DNA of 63,828 bases, counting the filler, from Craspedostauros australis (lineage: Eukaryota), in the NCBI GenBank assembly GCA_030167865.1. It is 12 parts of 12 records of this genome, joined end to end, with 100 filler letters (N's around TTAATTAATTAA, not from the genome) between each part and the next. Parts side by side here need not be neighbours in the genome. Positions count along the whole stretch, not along the records: positions 3,757 to 32,297 come from JALAGF010001252.1; 11 more parts are not named here. One strand, given 5' to 3'. Within the stretch, counting starts at the first letter, position 1, and each line of letters begins with the position of its first letter. This document shows, piece by piece, positions 11,985-23,000 of this stretch. The translations under genes and the position numbers were made by a program. The notes beneath the pieces are model-generated. The model did no database searches. It was given only the letters and a program-made list of their open reading frames with translations, and was not told where the DNA came from.

Positions 11985-13310
11985 TCAATCCTGCGCGCAA
12001 TCGAAGAGATACCGCAATGGCTGATCGATGCGCTTGGCCCACGCTCGTTCGTTGTGGCGTCCGCCGGGATACTTCACGAAACGGTGCTCCAGCCCAACTT
12101 TGCGCAGATTCTCACGCATTTCCTCCACGCCACTTTGCAACGCCGTGTCCAACCAAAAGTATCCCGGATTCCACCAGTGCTCGCTCGTCATGTGGTCCAT
12201 GATATCCAAGAGCGGCACCTTGACGTCGTCCATATCCCCGCCAATATCCAAGTATATCTTGGTATCGCGGCACAGGATGGACCAGTCGTCCCGTTGCGGT
12301 TGCGACAACACAGCTTGCAGGATGGATGGCTGAAAGCAAGGTGACAGACAGGCCGCGCCGCCGAACAGCTCAGGATACCGCAGCACGCAATGCAACGACG
12401 CCTGCCCTCCCATGCTGGTGCCCATGACGTGCGTGTGTTCGCGTTGCGGCTTCGTGCGGTACCGATTGTCGATGAGCGGTTTGACCGTCTGCGCCACGAA
12501 GTCGACGTGCGCCTGTGCGAAGGGCAGCATCATATCGCCGTACTCGAGGTGCCGCCGCCGCACGCCGGCGAACAGCAACGAGACGAGGGCATTTTCTTGC
12601 GGTTGGAGGTCGTCGTCGAGGACGCTGTCGGCGCTGTCGACGTTGTTGTCGTTGGTCGGTGGCGATGGCAGGAGCACGCAGATTGGCAGTTTGGCGTGCG
12701 TGTCGAACATGCCGTGGTCCTTCATGCGTGTCAAGGCACCCGCCAACCTCCAGGACTGTCCCGTCCAGCTGTCGACGTCGCTCATCGCGTTGTTGCCGTC
12801 GTGCACGTACAGCACGGGATGCCGGTTGCCCATGCCATCACCATCGTCATCAATGACATCATCATCGTAATCCGGTGGCAACCAAACGTAGATGGGACGT
12901 GGAATCAACATGAAAGATCCGGCCCAGTTGTTGTTGGCCAGGTTGATGTCGATTCCGTACGTCTCTTCTGGTGGAATGGTGATCAACGTGCCGCCGCAAA
13001 GTCCATTGGGAAATGGCGCTTCCAGCTTGCGTGGCGATTGGTCCGCGCGTTGCGGATTGCTGCTGTCATCATTCGCCATCGCCATGGAAGCGTCACCCGC
13101 AGCGGCCACCGCTATGGCAGCACGTTGCTGCACCATTGAGAATGATGATTCGGCAAGCGCGATGGTGGATGTTGTTGCTGTCATGGATGAGGGCGTGGAA
13201 GCCAATGCATCCGTCGACGGAAACCAAGCTGCAGTGAGGACCAAGGCTGCAATCAGAGCAAATGACTGGAATGGCTTCGTCAGCTGGGTCAAGAGAGCCA
13301 TCACGGCCAT
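11985..13310 (-). CDS. Alpha/beta-hydrolase, putative esterase (IroE/Fes-like), with signal peptide
   Basis: PVLYVHDGNN, VKPLID.RYRT, nucleophile GTSMGG, catalytic His in GGRHNERAW. N-terminal signal peptide TDA|LAS. Confidence 0.85.
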   Translation of the reverse strand: MAVMALLTQLTKPFQSFALIAALVLTAAWFPSTDALASTPSSMTATTSTIALAESSFSMVQQRAAIAVAAAGDASMAMANDDSSNPQRADQSPRKLEAPFPNGLCGGTLITIPPEETYGIDINLANNNWAGSFMLIPRPIYVWLPPDYDDDVIDDDGDGMGNRHPVLYVHDGNNAMSDVDSWTGQSWRLAGALTRMKDHGMFDTHAKLPICVLLPSPPTNDNNVDSADSVLDDDLQPQENALVSLLFAGVRRRHLEYGDMMLPFAQAHVDFVAQTVKPLIDNRYRTKPQREHTHVMGTSMGGQASLHCVLRYPELFGGAACLSPCFQPSILQAVLSQPQRDDWSILCRDTKIYLDIGGDMDDVKVPLLDIMDHMTSEHWWNPGYFWLDTALQSGVEEMRENLRKVGLEHRFVKYPGGRHNERAWAKRIDQPLRYLFDCAQD

Positions 13311-14075
13311 GGTGCTGGATTGATCTGTCTACAAATGATATACCGTGATGGATGGATAGATGGATGGCACGCGGTTATTTGCCAACGTCGCTTGCGCCTC
13401 AATGCTCCTCAATGTTGCTATCCTTTGGCTCCACAATGATAATGATGATGGTGATGAGTCAGATTCGGCGTAGAACCGAAGGATGCGATCGCTTCGTCGG
13501 AATGCGATGTGTTCAAATGGAGGTTTCGGAAATGCAACGTTCCTTTGTTTGCTGAAGAGGATGTCGAACCCAAATGGAGATGATGTTGTGACATCTCTCT
13601 GAAGCCCAGTCATCCCAATGATGGAGAAACTTCTATTGGATCCGGAGATCAGATCAGATCAGATCAACATCAACATCGCACACAACATCGCGAACAACAT
13701 CACCCATCAACATTGCGATGATCTGTGTTGTCGTGAAGATCGGCATCACACATCACGGTTGTCAACCAACATCTGCGAATTTCGCCTTGTTTTGACATCT
13801 TTCATGACAAGCCAATCAAAAAGTGAGAACACAGATTTTCGATTCTGATTTTGTGACTAAGTTAGTCCACGCGATTGCTTGTTCGAAATGCTTCGAGTTT
13901 GTCGTAGACGTTCCGACACTTTTTCTCTCCGGAGAGGAAGGTTCATGACGCTGATGCCTCAACGCCACCTGCAATCAGTATGCTGAGCCCACGATCTTGA
14001 TTGGAAAAGGTAGAATATGATGGACCTCCTGAGAAGACCAACGACATGGTGTAACATGTCACACCTTAGGCTACC

Positions 14076-17000
14076 CTACTTCTTATCGAAAGCGCCGTTG
14101 GCGATGAGCTGTTCGAACTGATCCTTCAAGGTTTCCTTGAGGCTGCGGTACTTGATGCCCAGCGCCTCCTTGGATTTGGTGTTGTCAAAGTTCACCTCGA
14201 CGTTGACGTTGTTCGCGACGGAAGTGCGGGTAATGCTGGCATTGATGAACGGCCCGATCAGGTACAGCAAGAACTTGGGCACACCGTGGGTTGGGATGGG
14301 GTAGTCCGGGTAAAGCTTGTTCAAGGTCCGTTTGGAGTGAGTGCGGATATGGTATTCGTGTTTGTTTTTGGCGTCGGGGAGAGGAATTGACCGGAGCACA
14401 AGTGTTGGCGAGGAAGACAGAGCGAGTGTAGAAAATGGGTGGTTGAGCTGGTGTAGTGCGCCAGTGCGATGCGAGCGAAGATGTGGTATTGCGATGTATA
14501 ATATTCCATATACTCATACGATAGTGCATGGCATCAGCTGCAATCAGTGACACTGTGCTGTACAGGATAGATTCGGAATTCCGACAAACCAAACCAAAGA
14601 AAAATAAAAACTAATTAATACCCACACACAACACAAACAACAGCAAGCCAAAATGACTTCGAACGAGCAGCCCAACACGAGCAACCGCGACGAGATGAAG
14701 GACGACGATGGACCAACATTGCCACCTCCCACCAAGGAACCGGACAAGCCCGACGACCGCGGAGGTGCAGATACAAGCAACCAACATCGATCCAGACGAC
14801 AGGCAAAAAGAGCCATCCCATACGATGGAGGAACCGAGGAGGACGACCCAGATGAAGTATCGATCTCCTACAAACCCCGGTCCAACACGTTCAAAACGGC
14901 AGCCAACAAGACCGGCATCGACATTGAGCCATTCGCAAGAGCAACTGGTGACGGATCCATCGACCGAGCAGCCAAAGCAGCATGGCGGGCAAGAGCGGTG
15001 TGGTACAACCAAGACGAAGCGACAGCCGACCGTGAAAACCCGACCATCAAGCAATGGGAGCACTTCTTCAGAGACCTGGCCGACGGCAGAGTCACGTCAT
15101 TTGGACCCATGACCCTACCCAACAGAGACCCAACCAGACTACGACTGCTGCAGTTCGTCATCAACGTCGCATCTACCAACCCTCACAAAGTGTTCAAAGT
15201 GCACCTCAACAGCGACGGAACCGTACGAACCGCGCGGGCAGTCAAAGTGTGGAAAGCGGCAAACAGAGTGCTGGGTTCCAACTACGACCTCGGCGCAGCG
15301 CCGTCCGCAGACATGGACAGCTGTGCAGGCGAAATGGAAGGCATCACAATCCACGAGAATACAGGAGAGCCAACTGGGACAGCAAAGACAGCCACCAACA
15401 AAGCTGTCGCAGTCATGCCCGTCAACACTTCAACGGGATCCATCAGCACAGACAGTAACTCGCACAGCAGCCGTCAACCAACCAAGCGCACCAGGTTCAA
15501 ATCGCCACGACAAACCACGGACATGCCCCTCATCAGCCAACACAGCGCGAGCAGCTCACAATCAACGGGAACCGCCAGCAGCAATGACACATCCACAGAT
15601 TCAGGAGTCACCAGGCGAGGGTCCAGACACAAACAAGCCACCAAACCCAAGCCTAGCAAGGACGACGACTCTGTCAGCTCTGACGAAGAATCCAACACTT
15701 CACAAACAAAGATCGCTCCACCGAGACACGAACACACCACCAGATTCACCATCAAGCTCAACGTGGATAGAACCGAAGACGACACCACAGCCGCAGTGAG
15801 AGACCGCATCAAGCGATGGTTCCGACAAGTCAGAAGGATTGACCCATCAGCGACAATTCTCCCATGGAGAGAGTCCAGCAACACAGGCCCCCACATCGCG
15901 CACTCCGGCCAAATTCCAGAGAGAATGGAGGAACTCAGGACCTTCTTCCAGGGCTTGCGAGCCCCATCCGGAGCGACGGGCATCACCTATGCGAAGGTTC
16001 GTATCACCACCAGAGACAACCCCTTCGACATCACGGCAGATCGCAACTCAGAGCTCAACCCGTACTACTACAACGAACATGAAGGACTGTACGAAGCTCA
16101 GCTCCAAGACGCGGAGGAAGTGAAAGAAATTGGCTTTCTCCTATACTCAGGAGGGTTCACGGATGTCGACAGCACTGTGGAGATCATCAACAGGAGCTTC
16201 AGAAGGACAGGCAGTGTCATCCGAGTGGGAGGAAAATTCAAAAACATCATCCAAGTCAGCGACGAAACCAGAGAAAAATACAAAGACGGCAAGAGACATT
16301 GGACAGTGCAACCATGGAGAGCAGTGAAGCTGGAAGTTGAACGATCCCAAGCATACGCCGCCGTGGAAGAAGTGGCCAATCTTTTCAACACCAGAGAAGA
16401 ACGGCCTGGCGCTACAAACTTCAGATTCCTGCCCGACAAGAAGTACGAACAGATGTCCCGAAAGAAGAGTGAGTTCCGCGACGGGCTGGTAGCAAAACAC
16501 CAAGCCATCCTCTCGGTGATCGAGTACTCGGACTCCGATGGTGTACTACACCTGGACAAGAAAGTCAAAGGCAAGGACAGTCGCTCCATCACCCTCCGAA
16601 AGCTCATCCTCAGGGAAACCAACGACGCAGGGAAACGAATCTTCCACAGCGTGGACAGGGCCAGAGGCACAGATGACCAGATTGTCGCCCACTCGTTTCC
16701 AGAGTACCTTGAGGACGCCAAACACTTCATGAGCCTCCTGCCGGCAATCTCCAGACACAAAGTCGGGCCCAAGGCAGAGAAATGGTTCAGCCCGGAGGTA
16801 TGGATCGCGAGTCTCAACATCGTGTATGACCCAGCAACAAACGACTACACTTCCCCAGACACCCACAACCTCGAGGACATCGCAGACGAGGAATTCCCGG
16901 CCAGTGTGATCATCACAAACATCCCGGACATGATGCCCACCAACCACAGACCCGCCGCCCTGGACAACCGCAGCCTGTTCAATCCCAACTCAACCGTCGG

Positions 17001-20000
17001 CACTGCCAACAGATCTATAGATTCTGCATACACAGCCGCCCCCAACGCAACCGCCGGCACAGAGGACGGAGAAGGGACCCATTCACCAGACCAAAGTCCC
17101 AACAACACCGCCAATCCAGAAAGCATTCTGCGCACAGGCTCCAACACCAGGTACAACCAGACCCAATCCAGGGAGGCACAACTGCTGGCACAAGTGCAGG
17201 CACTCCGACGTGAACTCGGCAAACCCCACTGCGACCCTCCGCCGCCGAATGGAGGCCAGTCACCATGATAGGCAGCCACCAACGGGCACAGTTCAGCCCG
17301 AACACCAACGAACCTAACACACCCGGAAATTCGAGTTCGGATGAATCGAATCTCCAAAGGCAACACCTCGGCCAGACCTCCAGCCGGAAAGCCAACACAC
17401 AAGTCAGGATAGCCACCCTGAACACAGGAAGTCTACCCATTGACGCCTCAGACCCCAAGAACAACGACCTATGGCAAGCGATACGCCAGCACCAGATCGA
17501 CATTCTGATGATTACAGAAGTCGGAATCAACTGGAGCAAAGTCGCAGCGGAATCAAACCTGGCCCACAGAGCTGAGCGGCACCTGCGCATGACGAAGGTC
17601 GCCACGGCGCACTGCCATACAGACAGCGACAGCCCCAGGCAATGGGGAGGAACCGCAGTCCTTGCCCATGGAAACATAGCGGGAAGAATACTCGCCAAGG
17701 ATACCGACCCCGAGAAATGCGGGAGATGGGCGACCATCCTTCTGCAGGGGCGACAAGGCATCAAAGTCAGGGTGGTCTCGGTCTACGTCCCAACCAAATC
17801 CACCCTAACCCCGGGAACTGTATACAACCAACAGGCGGTCAGAGCAGCCCAACGACAATCAACACTCAACCCCATCGACCTCCTCCTTCAGGACCTGCAG
17901 ACACAGATTGCGCAATGGAGGCAAGCAGGCGAGACTGTGGTGATCGGGGGAGACGTGAACATGGACGTGCGACGCTCTAAAATCTCCCACATGCTGCAAT
18001 CAGAAGAGCTACGCGAACATCACACGGACACCATACAACCAGCATACGCCACCATGATCAGAAACCAGCGGCAGACCCCCATCGACGGCATCTGGACTAC
18101 ATGCGACATACAACCAAGCCAACTGGGACTCACGCCCTACGGCAGCTGGGACCACCGCATGGTATGGATGGACATCAGCGCCGACCAGCTGTTCGGCCCC
18201 ATCAAGCAACCAACCACGCCCTTCAGAGGCAGACGGCTGCAGCTCAGCCAACCAGCGACCGTCCGGCGCTACACCCAAACATACGAGAAACAGGCCAACT
18301 CCCTCCAGCTACTACACAGAGCGCAAACTCTCAATGCCTCCATTGGAGCAGGTCCAGTCACAGCAAGCCAATCCCAAGAACTTGAAAGGCTGGACGACGA
18401 CAGAACCCAGGCAATACTGCAGGCGGAACGGAAGTGCCGAAAGATACGTGCTGGCGCAGTGCCATTTTCCCCAATAGTGTCCAAACTCAGATGGGAACAT
18501 CAATTCTGGACACTCAGCATCAAACGACGACAGGGACACCAAATCAAAGGACGCACTATTGACAAAGCCAAAAAGAAGGCCCAAGTAAACCAACTCACGC
18601 GACAGATGACGACGGCCGACATGCACCGCCAACGCAACGCCTCATGGAAGGCATACCTGCAGGAGAAGAAGCAGGCCGACACCCACCGGAGGTCGTTTCT
18701 GGCCGACGACGAAGCTGAGGTCGCCAAGGACGGAGGCGACGCTTCCAGATACAGAGCCCAGCTGCTGCAACGCGAAGAAACCAAAGCAACGTACAAGCGC
18801 ATCAAGTGGTCGCTTCAGGCCAGTGGCGCTGACGCCCAAGTGTCAATGGTCATCGACGACGGCCCAGGGGGCCACAACAACCTACTAACGGCCGGAGAAG
18901 AAGTGGCTCGAGCATGCTGCAAGACCAACATCGACAAATATAGTCAAGCATGGAGGGCGGAGGTATGCCAACGACCTCTCCGACGAACCCTCGGAAGGTA
19001 CGGCACCAGCCCAGCCGCCAAGGCCATACTGCTCGGCATCGTGCCGTCGCAAATCCGCAGCGACACCAACGACACACTACTCTCCCTGCGCCAGCCGCGA
19101 CAAGCCTCAGCATGGCCAGCCAGCCACCTGCACATCAGCCAGGAAGACCACTCGAAAGGATGGGCACGGATCAAGGAGAGCGCATCGTCCGGCCCCTCAG
19201 GAATACACTTTGGATGCTGGAAGGCGAACGCTGCAGTCCCCGCCCTGGCAGCCATCGACGCCATCATGCGAGAGATCCCCTACAGAACGGGATACAGCCT
19301 TAACAGATGGCAGCAGTGTGTCGACATTCAGCTGCGGAAACAGCCAGGCAACCTCGCCGTCACAAAAACCCGAACCATCGGCCTTATGGAAGGCGACTTC
19401 AACATGAACAACCGACTCCTGGGCAAGCAGGCCAGGTCGCACGCGGAAGCCAACCACACCCTAGCAGCAGAGCAGTACGGCAGCTGGAAGGCTCACACAG
19501 CACAGGAGGTGCTCTTAAACATGGTGCTCATCGACGACATTGCCCGGGTCACAGGTGCCCACTACGCAGTGTGCTCCAACGACGCCAAGGGGTGCTACGA
19601 TCGCATCGCACACCCAGTCTTCAGCCTGGCTCTCCAGCGACAAGGAGTACCAGCAGGACCCATCATCAGCACCCTCAGCACCCTGCAAACGATGACCCAC
19701 CGGATCCGCACCTCAGTAGGCACGTCCGCGGCATCCTACTCCGGCAAGCAGAGACACCAATACCTCCAAGGCCTCGTGCAAGGCTTGGGATCGGCGCCCA
19801 CGGGATGGCTGCTCATCAGCTCGGCCATCATCGACAGCATGCGAGCAAGAGGATACGGACTCAGCATCCCAGACCCCATCACCCAAGAAGAGCACGTCAT
19901 CACTGGTACCGCATACGTCGACGACACCAACATCATGCAGAGCCTGCCAGCAGCCACACCCAACGAACAAGCACGCATCTTCCAAGCAGCAGTGGATCAC

Positions 20001-23000
20001 TGGGATGGACTACTCTCTGCCACCGGCGGCGCTCTCGAACCGTCCAAGAGCTTCTGGCAGCTGATGAGGTTTAAGTGGCAGCGCACCAGGTGGGTTTACG
20101 ACATCAAAACACCGACAACAAGTATCTGCATGAACTCCCCCACAGGCGACCGTGCCCAGCTCTCCCTCTCCGGCCCTCGCACGGCGTCCAAATACCTCGG
20201 AATGGTATCTCGCCGGGACGGAAGGCAAACCGAGCACGCCCAGTACTTGCTACAGAAGTCCGTCACATGGGCAGCACGCATCAGGGCATCCCGCATCACC
20301 CGCCAGGACACTGAGATAGCTGTGAAAGCAGTGTTATGGCCGTCCCTACAATACTCGTCCCCAGCGACCACGATGTCGATTGAGCAGTGGCGCAAGGTGA
20401 TGAGCACGGCGCTCACGGCGGCCCTGCCAGCAATGGGAGTAACGCGCACCATCGCAAGAGAGTATGTGTTCGGCCACGCCGACGCCATGGGAATGGGGCT
20501 GCAACAGTTGCACACGACGCAAGTGGTGTCGCACCTGGAGATGGTGAGCAAGCACTTTGAACAGGCCACGGAGACCGGGCGGCTGATGCGCACCTCTCTC
20601 CACCACATTGAGCTGTGGACGGGACTGCCGGGGCGCCTACAGCAACACGAGCCAACGTGGAAAGCCTGGACCTGCACAGGCTGGTGGCAAGACACGTTCC
20701 AATCAGCCGCCAAGCTGGGCATCCGAATGGAAGACTTGTCCTATCAAGCCTGCCTCCCTCGGTCAGGTGATGAAACCATCATGCACACGGCCATCGCTGC
20801 CGGACTCCCACGCAAAACGCTGGCCCTCGCCAACGTGGCCCGCATACACCTACGAGCGCTGTGGCTATCAGACGTCGCCACAGCCGACGGGAAACAAATC
20901 CGGGCAAGCGTGCTGCAGCGACGGAGACTCCCACCAGGACCTGTCAGCTGGCCCAGCGTGGGCGGCATCACCAAGTCTGCGTGGGAGGCGTGGGACACCG
21001 TTCTCTCAACTCTGGTGGCACGAGATCGACCAGGCTGGCATCTGAAGACTGCCCTCGGCGAATGGCGGAAAGTCCCAAACAACAGAGTCACACAGCGGAG
21101 CGACGGGGCCATCGTGCTCCCAAACCGGCAGGCGGCACTCCCACAAGCCCACCTGGCACCGACCCTAGTCATCGACCGGACTCCAAGCAGAACAGGCATG
21201 ACCATCACGTCCAGCAGCCCCATCTGCAGCCCCTCACCGCCCACCACCATCAGACAATGGCTACGCCAGAAAGGACCGACGGCCGCGGCCATGCTCACCA
21301 ACATCCAAGTCCACGGTGACATCCACGCCATTGCCGCGTCTATCACGTCCGGCGCATGCGTTGCCTGCAGTGATGCCTCCGCGAAAGACAGCAAAGGGTC
21401 GGCAGCAGTTGTGATACAAAGCAGCCTGGACGGCGGCAGTCATCAAATCGTGGCGGTGGCGGCAGTCCCGCAAGGATCGCACATGACGGACTCCAACCGT
21501 GCAGAACTGACGGGAGTGCTCATGTCCATATGGGTGATCACCTCCGTGGCAGAATGGGCGGGAACTCGAGGCAGCGCCACCATTGCCTGCGACAACAACA
21601 GAGCACTTCAGGCGGTGAACCCCTCCAGGTGGCCGGAACCTCGCAAACACGACTTTGATCTGTGGTCCGAGGTTGTCCGACAGCTGCGACTGTCACCGGT
21701 CCAGTTCAGCCCACAAGAAGTCCGAGGGCACGCTGACGATTCAGGCGCACCTATCACCGCGTGGGAAGCCATGAATGTCCTAGCAGATGACCACGCCGGC
21801 CAACAGTGGAGGCGACTCTACGCTGACCAACAACAACCCACTGCCCTGACGTTACCCACGAGCGGTTGGGCCTTCCATGCCGCGACCGGCGTCATCACAG
21901 ACCTCCACTACTGGACGGTGGCGACGCTCATAGGGGGTGGAGGCGTCAAGCGCAAATGGTGCGACAGATGGGGCTCTGCCAGCCCAGCAGAAGTCGACTG
22001 GGAGCCAATGAAGACAGTCTCTCGACGATGGACCGGCGGAAAGCGCAGGGTCATCCTGAAGCTAATGACGGGCACAGGGGCTAGCGGGAAGAACATGCGC
22101 CGTCGCCAACAGGAGCAGTCCGACGCGTGCCCCCGCTGCGGCATGCCCGAAGACAACTCTCACGTCATCATGTGCCCCAGCCCCACCAGCCAGGCCATCT
22201 GGGCCAACGCCATCCTCAAAGTGCGGTCAATCGTGCGACCGCCCACCACCCCTCCCGAAGTCTCACAGCTGGTCTGCACGGCCATCAAGCGAATCACCAC
22301 GGGAGGCCTGCCCCCATCAGGCATCAGGCAGTCACCTACCAGCTCCATACAGCTATGTCAGGCAAAGGTAGGCTGGACAGCCATGCTATGGGGAGGTTGG
22401 TCAACAGAGTGGCGAAAGACTGCACCCCCGGTAGCCCCTCACCGGCGGCGCAGGACCCCCAAGCTGCTCCGGGACTGGCAAGCCAGCGTGACAGATCTCA
22501 TGTGGCACACGGCGCTGCGCCAGTGGCAAGACCGCAATGACGCTAAAGCAACCCAAACATCTCACGATATGGTCGCCTTGCTCCAGGCGCAGCTCCAACT
22601 CCTGCGCGGCATAACCCCCAGCGCTGTACCCGCCGTGCTCCGGCCCCCTGTGGAATCACCCGCCAGCCGCCGACCAAACCCCGGCTGTCATTCCGTGGGT
22701 GCAATCCCTCCAGCAAGGCCTCAGCCTGGCAGCTCCCCCAGCTCCGCCAGTCCTCATCAACTGGATGCGCAACCAGCGGCGCCGCAACCAAGCACACCCG
22801 CCGCGAGTTGTAGCCCCGGACGCCAGCCCCGCCAACTCTCCTCCCCGCCGTTCCCCTGCAAGACGCAGATAACTCACTTCGATCCGTTCCCGCTATGTGC
22901 TCACACGTAGAATCAACGAGGCGGAATAAAAGCGCCCTCGGCGCATGACGTAACTGTTATAATCATTGAGGTATATATATATGACACTGTGCTGTACTGT

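Larger units (their letters stand above)
14564..22981 (+). mobile_element. Full-length non-LTR retrotransposon, Ambal-like (ORF1 plus APE-RT-RNaseH-CCHC ORF2), (TA)n tail
   Basis: 16-bp TSD, short A/C-rich 5' UTR, two ORFs, AATAAA and a TATATA tail at 22972-22981. Confidence 0.92.
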
